This document shows, in pieces, positions 1 through 11,100 of a DNA stretch of 64,000 bases; positions within the stretch are counted from its first letter, which is position 1; every line of letters starts with the position of its first letter. Source of the DNA: an uncultured Fidelibacterota bacterium (lineage in GTDB: Bacteria > Fidelibacterota > Marinisomatia > Marinisomatales > UBA1611); contig CACLYL010000001.1 in assembly GCA_902611135.1 (NCBI GenBank), positions 13,141 through 77,140 on the forward strand. The letters run 5' to 3'. Under the pieces are notes generated by a model, which searched no databases, was not told the origin of the DNA, and was given only the letters and a program-made list of their open reading frames with translations. A program made the position numbers and the translations under genes.

Positions 1-287
1 CAACTAAAATTGAGTCTTCCAAACATTTAGTTTACAATGCTGCTTGGCTTCAAGATCAAGGTTTTGATGTTACAAAAGAAGCTGCAATGGCTAAACTTCA
101 ATCAAGCGAAGCTGCTATGGATATAGCCACAGAGGCGATACAAATAATGGGGGCAAATGGTTATGTTCGTGAGGGAAAAGTTGAGCGTTACTTTAGAGAT
201 GCAAAAATATTAGAAATTGGCGAAGGCACTAGTGAAATACAAAGGATAATAATCAGCCGTAAGCTAATAGAAAATTACAAGTCTTGA
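1..287 (+). CDS. acyl-CoA dehydrogenase, C-terminal fragment (5' end outside window)
   Basis: The frame is open from the window edge. It carries the ACAD C-terminal signature ERYFRDAKILEIGEGTSEIQRIIISR and ends at TGA 285-287. Confidence 0.85.
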   Translation, partial: TKIESSKHLVYNAAWLQDQGFDVTKEAAMAKLQSSEAAMDIATEAIQIMGANGYVREGKVERYFRDAKILEIGEGTSEIQRIIISRKLIENYKS

Positions 288-2596
288 ATTTCTTTAAGAC
301 AATATCTTTAGATAATGTTAAAAAGTCTAATATTAGTAAGTATTGGATTCAACTTTTAATTATTTTCCTTTTAACAATAATAGTCTCGTTTTTATTTCCT
401 GAGGGTAAAGCATTAAAATATTCCTACCAGTTGAATGATATTACTAGAGAGCCAATAATTGCACCATTTACTTTTTCTATACAAAAATCAAAAGAAAAGT
501 TAAAAGCAGACGTAGATGAAAAGAAGAAATTAGTCCCTTATGTTTTTAATAGAGATGATTTAAAAGTAAAGTCGAAAACTAAAGATATAGATGAATTCTT
601 TTCATTGGTTGAAAAAATTATAAAAGCAAATTGGTCTTTTGAAGATTCTAAAAATTTAGTATATGAAAGAAGATATCATAAACAGTATGAAAAAGCTAGA
701 AGTCAATTTATATCAGATAGCTCTGCTTTATCAATATATCTAGATAGTTTTTACAGAAAATATCCATTTTCTAAAGATAATCAATTATGGGAGAGTTATC
801 TACTTAGAGAAAAAAATAATAGTACTTTCAAAGAGCTGAACAAAAACAAACAAAAAATTATCCAAATATGCAGGAATAGGTGGACTGAAGGTATTTTTGA
901 CATCTCACATAAAAAAATAGAAAGCAATAAAGTTGAATTAAATCAAGGTGAAGTGCCAGATTTAACCTTTGCAAAGAACTTTAATGATCTAGACCAAGCT
1001 TGGATTAAAGCAAGGAAAGAACTATTATTAGCTTTTCCTAAAGAAAGTTCCTTTCGAGAAATAGGTTATGATTTAATTATAGAATTTATGAATCCTAATC
1101 TGGTCTATGATAAGGAAATTACTGAAAAAAGACAAATTGCTGAAATCAATAAAATACCCCTGAGCCAAGGTGTTGTACTAAAAAATGAGTTAATAGTGGA
1201 TGCTAATATTAGGATAACTTCAGATGTCCTTCAAAAACTTAATTCATTATCAGTCGCAATTACAAAAGAAAGCCCGGATAAAATTTGGATTAAATTATTG
1301 AGAGGTTTTTTGGGAAGAGTTATACTTCTTTCTGTCACTCTTTCACTTTTCTTCTTTTTCTTAGCAGTATATAAAGAAAATTTGTTTGATGACTGGAAGA
1401 TGGTTCTACTTATCTCGATTATATTTCTTCTTCAATTAGGTTTTGCTTATACGTTTGTAATTCAATTAGGTTGGTCAGAGTATTTAATACCTTTCACAGT
1501 TGGTGCAATGGCCTTAGCTATATTATTTGATGTTCAAGTCGGATTTATGGGTATGACTGCTATTGCAATTTTAATTGGTATAATGATCGGACAAAATATT
1601 GACTTTATAATTGTTTCAATGTGTACATCAACAATCGCTGTTTATAATAGTAAAGAGTTAAGAAAAAGAAGTCAACTTTTTTTTACTATGTTCTCATTAA
1701 TCGCATCGGGTTTTATTACCATAGTGGGATTAGGACTTTTTAAGGAGAACAGCTGGAATATGATGTTTAATGATTTTCAATTTTTTGTTATAAGTAGTGT
1801 TTTAGCTCCACTCTTAACTTATGGGTTAATAGGTCTATTAGAAACACTTTTTGAAGTAACTACCGACTTAACCCTAATAGAGTTACTAGATTATGATCAC
1901 CCTCTATTAAAAAGAGCGCAGCAGGAAACTAATGGGACTTTTAACCATAGTATTGTTGTTGGGAATTTAGCAGAAGCTTGTGCTAATGCAATAGGGGCGC
2001 ACTCCTTATTATGTAGGGTGGGAGCCTATTATCATGACATTGGTAAAATGGCCAAATCAGATTATTTTATTGAAAATCAGTATGGTGGACCAAATAGACA
2101 TGATAAGATAACTCATACCATGAGCGCAAAAATCATTAGATCGCATGTAAATGAGGGTTTGCGTCTTGCTAAAGAATATGGTCTTCCTAAATTGGTGTCA
2201 GATTTTATTCCCATGCATCATGGTACTACAAGAGTGGAATATTTTTATAGAATGGCAATAAAGGAAGCAGAATCAACTGGTGGCAAAGTTGATGAATCAT
2301 CATTTAGATACCCTGGACCAAAACCGAATTCTAAAGAGACGGGAATATTAATGTTGTGTGAAGCAATTGAGGCCGCTGTGAGATCAATTAGAGAACCAGA
2401 TATTCTAAAAATTGAATCAATGATTAATAAAATAATTAAAGATAGAATTGAAGACGGACAACTAAGTGAATGCCCAATAACCCTAGATGAATTAGAGAAA
2501 ATAAAAGGCAAAATAGATGGAAATACTGGAATGCTCCCTGTATTAAGAGGTATATATCATATAAGAGTCGAGTATCCAGATGAAGTCAAAAAATAA
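284..2596 (+). CDS. 7TM-HD membrane phosphohydrolase (PgpH/YqfF-like HDIG protein)
   Basis: 770 aa with a long N-terminal extracytoplasmic region and a block of about 7 TM helices. The C-terminal HD domain has the YYHDIGK and MHHG motifs. It lies upstream of ybeY, as in the phoH-yqfF-ybeY arrangement. The TTG start overlaps the upstream stop (TTGA). Confidence 0.8.
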   Translation: MNFFKTISLDNVKKSNISKYWIQLLIIFLLTIIVSFLFPEGKALKYSYQLNDITREPIIAPFTFSIQKSKEKLKADVDEKKKLVPYVFNRDDLKVKSKTKDIDEFFSLVEKIIKANWSFEDSKNLVYERRYHKQYEKARSQFISDSSALSIYLDSFYRKYPFSKDNQLWESYLLREKNNSTFKELNKNKQKIIQICRNRWTEGIFDISHKKIESNKVELNQGEVPDLTFAKNFNDLDQAWIKARKELLLAFPKESSFREIGYDLIIEFMNPNLVYDKEITEKRQIAEINKIPLSQGVVLKNELIVDANIRITSDVLQKLNSLSVAITKESPDKIWIKLLRGFLGRVILLSVTLSLFFFFLAVYKENLFDDWKMVLLISIIFLLQLGFAYTFVIQLGWSEYLIPFTVGAMALAILFDVQVGFMGMTAIAILIGIMIGQNIDFIIVSMCTSTIAVYNSKELRKRSQLFFTMFSLIASGFITIVGLGLFKENSWNMMFNDFQFFVISSVLAPLLTYGLIGLLETLFEVTTDLTLIELLDYDHPLLKRAQQETNGTFNHSIVVGNLAEACANAIGAHSLLCRVGAYYHDIGKMAKSDYFIENQYGGPNRHDKITHTMSAKIIRSHVNEGLRLAKEYGLPKLVSDFIPMHHGTTRVEYFYRMAIKEAESTGGKVDESSFRYPGPKPNSKETGILMLCEAIEAAVRSIREPDILKIESMINKIIKDRIEDGQLSECPITLDELEKIKGKIDGNTGMLPVLRGIYHIRVEYPDEVKK

Positions 2597-3023
2597 AAGT
2601 TTTAATTATTCAATATTTTGTTTTTCTAAATTTCAAAAACCGCCTGCAACTCAAATTAAATTCTTTTGTGATGCACTTTTTTTAAGTCACAAAATTTATT
2701 TTGCTAAAATTTCTTTTATTTTTTGCGATGATGAATATTTATCTAAACTAAAATTAGAATATTTCAATAAAAATGAACTTACTGATGTAATTTCATTTTT
2801 ACTTAGCAAAAACAAAAGTAATGATTTAGAAGGAGAGGTTTATATAAGTTTAGATCGTGCTCTTGAAAACTCTATATCATTTTCACAAGATTATAATAAG
2901 GAAGTGATGAGACTTATTATTCATGGATGTCTTCATTTAATTGGGTTTGATGATGATACAGAAGATGAGAAGGAGGAAATGACATTGATGGAAGATAAAT
3001 TTCTTGGTTTAAAAAAATGGTAA
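2580..3023 (+). CDS. ybeY: endoribonuclease YbeY (rRNA maturation factor)
   Basis: Zinc-binding motif HGCLHLIGFDD. Size is 147 aa and it overlaps the PgpH-like gene by 17 nt. Confidence 0.9.
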   Translation: MKSKNKSFNYSIFCFSKFQKPPATQIKFFCDALFLSHKIYFAKISFIFCDDEYLSKLKLEYFNKNELTDVISFLLSKNKSNDLEGEVYISLDRALENSISFSQDYNKEVMRLIIHGCLHLIGFDDDTEDEKEEMTLMEDKFLGLKKW

Positions 3024-3041
3024 ACTTTTAAATTAGATTAT

Positions 3042-3800
3042 ATGGGTGTTTTAGAAGACTCTGAATTAAGCATTTTAATTCAAGTAATTAAAAAATTAAG
3101 GTCTCCTCAAGGTTGTCCATGGGATAAAAAACAGAATCATGAATCTTTGATTCCTTACTTTTTAGAGGAAGTATATGAGGTTATTGAAAGTATAGATGAG
3201 AGAAATTGGGAATCATTAGAGGAGGAGTTAGGTGATGTTTTACTGCATATTGCTATTCAAGCAAGAATCGGAGAAGAAGATTCAAAATTTAATCTTATGT
3301 CAATAATAAGAAAATTAAACCAAAAGATAATCTCTAGACATCCAAATGTTTTTAATAAAAACCAAAAAATAGACTTTAATTGGGAGCAACAAAAACATAT
3401 TACAAGTAAAAGAGAGTCTAGATTAGATGGTGTTCCCAAAAAGCTTTCAGCTCTTATTCGTGCTCATAGACTTCAACAAAAAGCATCAAAAACGGGCTTT
3501 GATTGGACCAATGTGGAACCAGTTATAAATAAAGTATATGAAGAGATTAAAGAACTTGAATCAGCAATTAGCTCCGGGGACCAGAAGAAAATTGAAGAAG
3601 AATTTGGGGATGCACTCTTTTCAATGGTTAACTTATCGAGACATTTAGAATTGTCATCAGAGAATGCATTAAGAAAAAGTAATAATAAGTTTATTACAAG
3701 ATTTAAAAAACTTGAAAAAAAGATAGCAAAAAAAGGTAAAAAATTTGAAGAGCTTACTCATGAAGAAATGGATAAAATTTGGGAAAAAGTGAAGTATTAA
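3042..3800 (+). CDS. mazG: nucleoside triphosphate pyrophosphohydrolase MazG
   Basis: Two tandem MazG repeats with EExxE/D motifs (LEEVYEVIESI...EELGDVLL and YEEIKELESA...EEFGDALF). The N-terminal CPWD motif is present. Confidence 0.85.
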   Translation: MGVLEDSELSILIQVIKKLRSPQGCPWDKKQNHESLIPYFLEEVYEVIESIDERNWESLEEELGDVLLHIAIQARIGEEDSKFNLMSIIRKLNQKIISRHPNVFNKNQKIDFNWEQQKHITSKRESRLDGVPKKLSALIRAHRLQQKASKTGFDWTNVEPVINKVYEEIKELESAISSGDQKKIEEEFGDALFSMVNLSRHLELSSENALRKSNNKFITRFKKLEKKIAKKGKKFEELTHEEMDKIWEKVKY

Positions 3801-3810
3801 TGCTTGGTGA

Positions 3811-5054
3811 TTATTTTTCTAAAATTTCAATTAGTCCAACATCTTTTAAACAGTAAAATGATACATTTCTATTGTTAGACAAAAGAGCAGGCTTTGGATC
3901 ACTCTCGCATAAATAGTTATTATCTATAAATAGACCAGTTATTGATATTTTAAAAATATCAACTTCATAACATACATGATAAATAATTTAATTGTTCCTC
4001 TTTATATACTTTTATAAAAGAGAATTATGGTCAAGTGGTTTTACTAATTCCATTGATGGTAAATTATCTGATTCACATAATATAGATCTTACATTCTGAT
4101 TTAAATCAATATTCAAATCTTCTTTTATCTTGAAAATATTATCTGTTTTGTCTTGCCAATTAACTCTAAAAATCGAAATATCTTCCATTTTTATTAACAT
4201 ATTTGGATGTTTATCAAATACTTTTTTTGCAATCTCTTTGGTGTTTTTACTGCATACTGCGAGTATAGATCCTCTATTTTTTAGTTCAAGTATCCATTGT
4301 TGAATTTCTATGTAAATTTCTCCTAAACCTCCTCTACCTAAATCAATTCCATTGATTCCATCGTCCCCTAAGACACCACCCCATAAGGTATTATCTAAGT
4401 CAAGAATCAAGCATTTTTTCATTAGTCCAATATATGAGCAAATAATTTGAACTAAATTCTTTGAAATATAAGAGATTGTTTGAGTATTATATGCAAGTTT
4501 TGAATTGGAACATAACTTTTGATCAAACATCTTTTCACCAAAGATATTCTGAATGGATACTAAATCACAAATGAAAATATTTTGATTTTTTTGGAACAAA
4601 ACCATCAGACCTAGATTAATTTTTCTAATTTGACACAAAAAGGAAAAGGTGACTTTACTTGCATAATTCCCAAATACATTATTATCAATTTCATTGAAAT
4701 TATTTAGAATGATATTTGAACTAAATTCGGAATTTATGTTTTTGATTAGACTATGTATTTCATTTGAAATGTGAAAAAAATTTATCTCCCAATTCATAAC
4801 TGCAAAACTGGTTAAGAAGTTTTTGGGCGGAAAAATTTAAAAAAATATAGTCTGGCTTAAACTTATAAATTGAAGAATTGGTGTCAAAAATTTGTTTCTA
4901 ATATTTTTAAAATTAATCTATTTTTAATTCCATATGCTTTCAAACCCTAAACAAAGAATTGAGAGGTACTATCACTCAGTATGGCCAATTTTAATTTTTT
5001 ATAACTTTTTTCTAGTTTATTGAATTTTGACCTTAGCCTTATAATACTTTCCAT
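3811..5054 (-). pseudogene. FkbH-like HAD-IIIC phosphatase-family gene, disrupted by 3 in-frame stops and 2 homopolymer frameshifts
   Basis: The intact core ORF 4012-4797 contains the HAD motif I block LILDLDNTLWGGVLGDDG and LAVCSKN. An ATG at 5054 lies 7 nt after the upstream stop and opens MESIIRLRSKFNKLEKSYKKLKLAILSDSTSQFFV, which looks like an FkbH N-terminus. That frame hits TAG at 4947-4949. The frame is lost at the A5 run 4886-4890 and again at the A7 run 4774-4780 (plus-strand coordinates). After TAA 4012-4014 and TAA 3988-3990 the same frame stays open for 58 more codons, to TAA 3811-3813. Confidence 0.6.
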
Positions 5055-5060
5055 TATTTA

Positions 5061-6311
5061 TTAAGTCTTTCGCTCTTTTTTCCTAGCAGCTGGGAAAAGT
5101 ATGTTATTAAGAATTAACCTATAGCCCGCTGAGTTTCTATGAAGAGATAAATCGGTAGGCGGGTCTCCGACAAAGTGCTGGTAGTCTTCAGGATCATGAC
5201 CTCCGTAAAATGTAAATGTCCCCTTTCCAAAATTACCATGGATATATTTTACTTGGTCCGAAGCTGGATCCTCCCCCATGATCACGATATGTTTTTTTAT
5301 CTTTTTCTTATTAAATCCTGTAGTTTGTCCCATAAAACCTTTAATTGTTGCCGTATGATTCTGGGTGAGCATGGTAGGAACAGGGTCATACTTAGCAGAA
5401 AACTCAAATAGAGAAAAATAATCAGCATCAGCACCTTTCGATACAGGATTATTACTAGGTGGGAAGTCGATATCAGAAAATTCATAAATCATAGGGTCTG
5501 TAATGATTTTAAAGTCATGAAAAGCAAGTGATTTATTATAATCAATTTTCTTTTGAATGTTGTGATCAATCGGAGTCCCATCAAAAACTTTATGTGCTGC
5601 ATCATTATTATCTATTGCCAATGCAATATCATAGGAATCTGTTGCGGAACACATTGCGAATAAGAAGCCACCATTTCCGACATAATTCTTAATTTTTTTT
5701 GCTGTTGCTTTCTTTTGATCATGAACACTTTTATATCCAAGTGTAGATGCTACTAACTCAAACTGTTTTTTTTGATTTTTATACCATTGTGTGTTTCGAT
5801 GGCTTCTATAAAATTTTCCATACTGCCCCGTGAAATCTTCATGGTGAAGATGAAGCCAATCATAGTTTTGCAATTTCCCATAGTGTACATCTTCGTCCCA
5901 TAAAGTTTCATAATCAACTTCAGCATAGGTTAGCGCTAGGGTAACAGCGTCATCCCATGGCTGTTTATTTGGGGGAGTATAAATAGCAATTTTAGGTTTT
6001 TTTTCTAGTAGAATAATATCCATATTGTTTTGTTCAATAGTAGAATAAATATCAACGAGTTTACTTCCAGAAACATCTTCAAAAGAGACGCCTCTAATTT
6101 TACACTCATAGGTCAATATTTCGACTTCATCTACTAAAAAAGATCCGCCGCGATAATTAAGTAACCATTCAACATTGTGTCCTTTTGAAATAGAAAAGTA
6201 CGCAATACCATATGCTTTTAAATGGTCATTTTGAACATTATCCATTGGAATAATAATTTTTTGGGTTTGCACTAAATTTATTATAATTAAAAAGTAAAAA
6301 TATCTGATCAT
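5061..6311 (-). CDS. exported class-I glutamine-amidotransferase-like (DJ-1/PfpI/ThuA-type fold) protein, function unknown
   Basis: 416 aa with an N-terminal hydrophobic signal-like segment. It has a nucleophile-elbow-like GGFLFAMCSATD (Cys221, codon 5649-5651) and a late YGGHDPED motif (His372, Glu375) resembling the GATase HPE motif. From memory, homologues are often mislabelled asparagine synthetase B. This was not verified. Confidence 0.5.
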   Translation of the reverse strand: MIRYFYFLIIINLVQTQKIIIPMDNVQNDHLKAYGIAYFSISKGHNVEWLLNYRGGSFLVDEVEILTYECKIRGVSFEDVSGSKLVDIYSTIEQNNMDIILLEKKPKIAIYTPPNKQPWDDAVTLALTYAEVDYETLWDEDVHYGKLQNYDWLHLHHEDFTGQYGKFYRSHRNTQWYKNQKKQFELVASTLGYKSVHDQKKATAKKIKNYVGNGGFLFAMCSATDSYDIALAIDNNDAAHKVFDGTPIDHNIQKKIDYNKSLAFHDFKIITDPMIYEFSDIDFPPSNNPVSKGADADYFSLFEFSAKYDPVPTMLTQNHTATIKGFMGQTTGFNKKKIKKHIVIMGEDPASDQVKYIHGNFGKGTFTFYGGHDPEDYQHFVGDPPTDLSLHRNSAGYRLILNNILFPAARKKERKT

Positions 6312-8170
6312 AAATTTTTCTGTTCTAATTTTCTAATATGAAACCTTATTGGTTCCGAAAATACAGAGCTTGGATGTTCATTAATTATTCTTAAATATTG
6401 GGACTCAGCTTCATTGAACTTTTTTAATTTATATTCATAAATTTGTCCTGTTAATATTATTCCTCTATCTGCATAAACGCTATTTTCAAGACTCTGTGCA
6501 AATTTTAAAGACTGCTCAAACTTCCCTAATCTGTAATAGAGTAAACTTGCTCTTAGATTTATTAATGGTAATAATGGAGAATTTGGGTATACCATATCAA
6601 CATAATTTAATTCTGAAATGGCGGAAGCAACTTTTTGCTGTCGCAAATATTGTTCTGACTTAATGAATTTATTGAAAGCATTTATGTTAGTAGAATCTCC
6701 TTTTGAGAATTGCATGAGTATATTTTTAAGTTCCATTAGATCGTTAAAATCTTGGTTTAAGGGGTTTAATCCTAAAATTAGATCATTGATTTTATTAAGT
6801 GTAACTTTTGGAGGTTCATAAAGAAAATATACTAAAATCTTTTTCATATTTAGTCTGTGAGAATCTTGAAAATTTAATTTTCTATCTAAAAATGCAATAA
6901 CTTCATCAGATAGTCCCTTTGAAATCATTACATCTGCAATACGCTCAAAAATTTTTATCCTTAACTTCTCTTTTGGATTATGTTGTAAAGCTTTGTTCAA
7001 GAAGTTTAATGACTGATCAAAATCGTTTAAAATTCTGTATTGAATCTCTCCTAAGTTAAAATAGACCTCTGATGAAAGGTGTGAATTTGGTAGCGTAACT
7101 AAAAGGGAGTCATAAAGCTTAAGGCTTAATTTTAAATTTTCATGAGAAAATTCAGGGACTTCTATAAAGGGATTATGAAAGAAAATATTTTTATCAAAGA
7201 AATAAGGTATTAGATTTGTTTTTTCATATGGAATAATTTGACTCTCAAAAGTTTTTGCTAAACCATAGAGAGCCTTGCCAATGAGATTTCCATGTAATTT
7301 ATGGGCTAAGATGTAGTTGTATGCATTGATCGACAATTCAAATTGCTGCTCCTGTCTTAGTTGCTCCGCAAATTTAAACCAGCTGTTTATACTACTCCCA
7401 ATATACCCTGACCATTTTAACTTTGTGTCGTATGATTTTTGGTATTTTTGTTGTTTAAAATAAAACTCGCTTAATATGTTTAAAGCTATTTTAGGATCCG
7501 TTTTCTCTGCATTAATGAGTTTCTCTTCAATGATTGAAAGAGAAGTTTCATCATCGCTCATCATGAGTATCCTTCTTTCAATAATACTATTTTGATGTGG
7601 GTCATTTAGTAAATTGATCAAAAATTGATCCATGGCCTTACCAAAGTCACTTCTAGATTGATAATAGGTCCCTAATTCATAACTTAAAAATGACTCTCCA
7701 AATTGATCTCTTCCTACATTTAATAAAAATCTTATCTCATTATCTAGAATGAGGCGAAAATAAGTTGATAGCATTAATCTATAGAAAGGTTTTTGTTTTT
7801 TAAACTTTTCAATAGAGGATCTCCATAGCGAAATGGCTTCTACTTCTTGTTTATCAAGATAAAAAATTTCCCCAAGGTAGATGTAATTATCATAATCATT
7901 AGGGAACCTATTAATTCTAGCTTTTATAAATAAAATTCCCTCGCTATATAATTCTTGCTTTTTATAAATAGATTTTATATTTCTAATTGCTATTTTATTC
8001 GAAGGATCTTTTACTAATAAACTTTTATATATCGATATTGCTGATTCTACTTCATTCTTTTTTTCAAGCATTTTAGCTGTTTTTATCGAAGAGTTAATGG
8101 AGCGTTGATCAACTGCATAGAGCGAAGAAATAGAATATATTATCATGAGAATAAGCGCTTTATTCATCAT
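6308..8170 (-). CDS. TPR/helical-repeat protein with signal peptide
   Basis: 620 aa with N-terminal signal-like MMNKALILMIIYSISSLYA. Helix-pair repeats of about 34 aa recur throughout. It overlaps the neighbouring genes by 4 and 11 nt. Confidence 0.6.
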   Translation of the reverse strand: MMNKALILMIIYSISSLYAVDQRSINSSIKTAKMLEKKNEVESAISIYKSLLVKDPSNKIAIRNIKSIYKKQELYSEGILFIKARINRFPNDYDNYIYLGEIFYLDKQEVEAISLWRSSIEKFKKQKPFYRLMLSTYFRLILDNEIRFLLNVGRDQFGESFLSYELGTYYQSRSDFGKAMDQFLINLLNDPHQNSIIERRILMMSDDETSLSIIEEKLINAEKTDPKIALNILSEFYFKQQKYQKSYDTKLKWSGYIGSSINSWFKFAEQLRQEQQFELSINAYNYILAHKLHGNLIGKALYGLAKTFESQIIPYEKTNLIPYFFDKNIFFHNPFIEVPEFSHENLKLSLKLYDSLLVTLPNSHLSSEVYFNLGEIQYRILNDFDQSLNFLNKALQHNPKEKLRIKIFERIADVMISKGLSDEVIAFLDRKLNFQDSHRLNMKKILVYFLYEPPKVTLNKINDLILGLNPLNQDFNDLMELKNILMQFSKGDSTNINAFNKFIKSEQYLRQQKVASAISELNYVDMVYPNSPLLPLINLRASLLYYRLGKFEQSLKFAQSLENSVYADRGIILTGQIYEYKLKKFNEAESQYLRIINEHPSSVFSEPIRFHIRKLEQKNL

Positions 8171-11100
8171 TCCCCAATTGATCTAGTGAATTAAAATAGT
8201 ATTTTATCATATCCTGATGTTCTTTTGAATATCCAGCTCTCATAGCGCTATTTAATGCCTTTAAAGTTATACTTCTTCTTTGCCCTAAATCATTTGGTAA
8301 ACCACTAATGTTGCTTTTGATTATTTTTGTAGAAAAAACAGCTTTTCTTTCTTCTTTATAGTCTCTCTCAGTCATTGATAGTTGACTATCAAGCATTCTC
8401 GATAATATTTTTTCTTGTCTACTTTCTGTTTTTTTATTGAATCTTTTTCTTTGCAAGTCGTTAACTACATCATCAATATCTCTTTTAATTTCATTCATAT
8501 TTCCAAGACCATTTTGCTCACCAGACCCTTTCATCTCTTTTATTAATTGCTCTAATGTTTTTCCGATGCCTTTTTGTTTTTCTAACATTTCTCTCATTAT
8601 TTGGCTCTGCATTGAAGGATTCATTTGTCCTAAGCTTAATTGCATCCCTTGCTGGTTTAAACTTTGCTGCTGCTCGGACATTTTTTGCATCATTGATAAA
8701 AATTGCTCATAGCCGCTAGCAGAACCTGAATTTTGCATTTCTTGCATACTGTTAAATATTTCTAGAGCCGATTCATTTAAGCCTATAATAGCATTATTTT
8801 GATTTTCTTTAGCCATAATCAGGTTCTTATCTGTTAGATTCTTTTTGGCTTCTTGCATTCCATAATTTGCTTTGCCTATCGCACGTCCCATTTGAGGTGT
8901 TATTGAAAAGGTTTCTTTACTTAATTCAAGCATTTTTTGTGTAACGGACTGTAATTGATCTTGTAATAATTGCTGTCTGGATGCAAATTCACGTAGTCTG
9001 GGCGAATTTCGTGAAGATGACCTAATCTGAGATTGCAATTCTTCCTCCTGAGATGAAAGATAAAGAAGATCTTGCAAAATTGCTTGAAATCGACCACTCA
9101 TTTCCTCAACGGTTTGATTTTGAAACTCTTTTTTAATATTGCTCATAGCTTGATTCATCTTTTGGAGATTTTGCGTAGAATTAGCGGCTGATTGTTTTGT
9201 CAAATTCACATTTTTAATTGATAAACTTTTTATAGTCTCTTCTATATTTGAGAAAGTTTGGTTTGTATTATCGCTTTTTTTAAAATCTTTTAAATCAGTT
9301 GATGTCATTTTATTAAATGGTTCCGTCAATTGTTCTGCTTCGGAAATTAATGCTTTGATATTCTCTAACTCTTCCAAAACTCGTTTTTCTTCTTGCATTA
9401 ATCTTTGATTATCAACCAGCTCCTCGTTACGATTAATTTCATTTAACTTTTTGGATAAGGATTCTTGCTGTTTAAATAAACTTTCTATTCTTTTTTGTAA
9501 CTCATCCATCTTTTGTTCGGCTTGGAGCCTTTTAAAAACTTTTAAATATCGATCAAGGTCTTCCTGTATTTTATCCATGTTTTCTGCTAAACTATTGATC
9601 GCTTCGTTCAAAGCATCCATATTCATCTCCTCCATTGAGTCGGTTATGTTGTTGATGTTTTCAAACATATCTTCTGGCATAATATCTTTAATGAGTTCTG
9701 AAAGCTCATTAAATTTTCCTAATAAATCTTCAGAAAACAAATCATGCTTTTCTGCTTGTTCTGATACAGCTTCGATTGCTTCAGAAATCTCTTCAAGTTT
9801 TTTTAATTCAGCTTTAACCTTTTCAATAGAATTATTAATAGATTGCTTTTGTTCCCAAGTAAGTTCAGTAGTTTTTAAGGTTTCTAATTCGATATCCTTT
9901 AATTCGCTCTTAAGATCACTAATATTCTCTGATTCCTCTTTTAAATCTTCGATAAAATTACCTTCTAAAATTTCTGTTTCAGTATATAGATCAGCTAAGG
10001 ATGGTACTTTTGCGACAAACTTCTTTGAAGTGGTTTTTTTGGGTCCTGATACATCATCATTATCAGTAAGCTCAAAATAAAACTGTACTTCATCATCAGG
10101 CATTAAATTTAAATCAGTAAGTTCCCAATAGGTTTGAATTGTTTGTATGAGACTATCTAAGTGTAAATCTGAAATCTTTTTCATTGAAATAAAAGGTTCT
10201 ATGTTTAGGTACTTTGGGCGGTTGACTTGGTACCCAATTTGTAAAGAATTAAATCCAAAATCATCTTGCAGCTCTAAATCAATAAAGAGTGTTTGATCTG
10301 AACCGAGCTCAATATATTCTTTAGGTTCTTTTACGTAAAGCTGAGGATATTGATCCGGGATTAATTTAACTTTATATGGTATAGGATCTCTATTAGTAAT
10401 TCCTCTTTTATCAAATAAATTAACTGTAAACGAACTCTCCTCGTTGACAATAAAACTTCCTGTCGCAGATTTATTTTTGATTGACATTTCTATTTTATCG
10501 CTATTAAAACTAATATTTGCTGATTCTAAAATTCTATTTGACTCTAACTTAATATCAATCTGAGAACCTTTTAATGTTTCGATTGAAGATAAGTTGCCCT
10601 CTTGAATTGTTCTTGGAAGTCTCGAATATTTAGGTGGTTTAATAATAATTTCAAAGCTTTCAAAATCTGGTCTGTCAGTAACATATATTGTTTCAGGAAC
10701 TGAAGAAACTTGCTTCCAAGCTTCCCAGAAGTGCTCTGCTCTAACAACTGCAGTGTAGGAGTAATCTTGATATAATCTAGGAAGTTTAAATTGATAAATA
10801 CCATTAGAGTCTACAGATGAATAAAAATTTAGTTTTAAAGAGTCTCGAGCTTTTATAGACTCCTGGATCGGAGATAGTTCAAGTTCAACTGTATCGGGAG
10901 ATGAACCGAATGCTTTAATATCAATAATTGCAACTTCTCCTCCAAGAATATGAAGCTCTTCAGTTAGATTTATCAAAGAAAATGGCTTAGGGGCATAAAA
11001 TATTTCATCAACTTTTATTAACCTGTTAAAAGCATATTTTGAATCGTGATACCTTAACGAAAAAATAAAGATTGCGCATAGAGAAAATATTAGAAATATT

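Noticed and set aside
9451-10080. 209-aa plus-strand ORF antisense to the 1134-aa gene (also 8437-8712, and 10571-10804 in an alternative sense frame)
   Set aside because: It lies opposite the E/K/L/Q-rich coiled-coil region. The reverse complements of GAA, AAA and TTA codons rarely form stops in this frame. The product is low-complexity and S/F/C/L-rich, with no start context. It is a shadow ORF.
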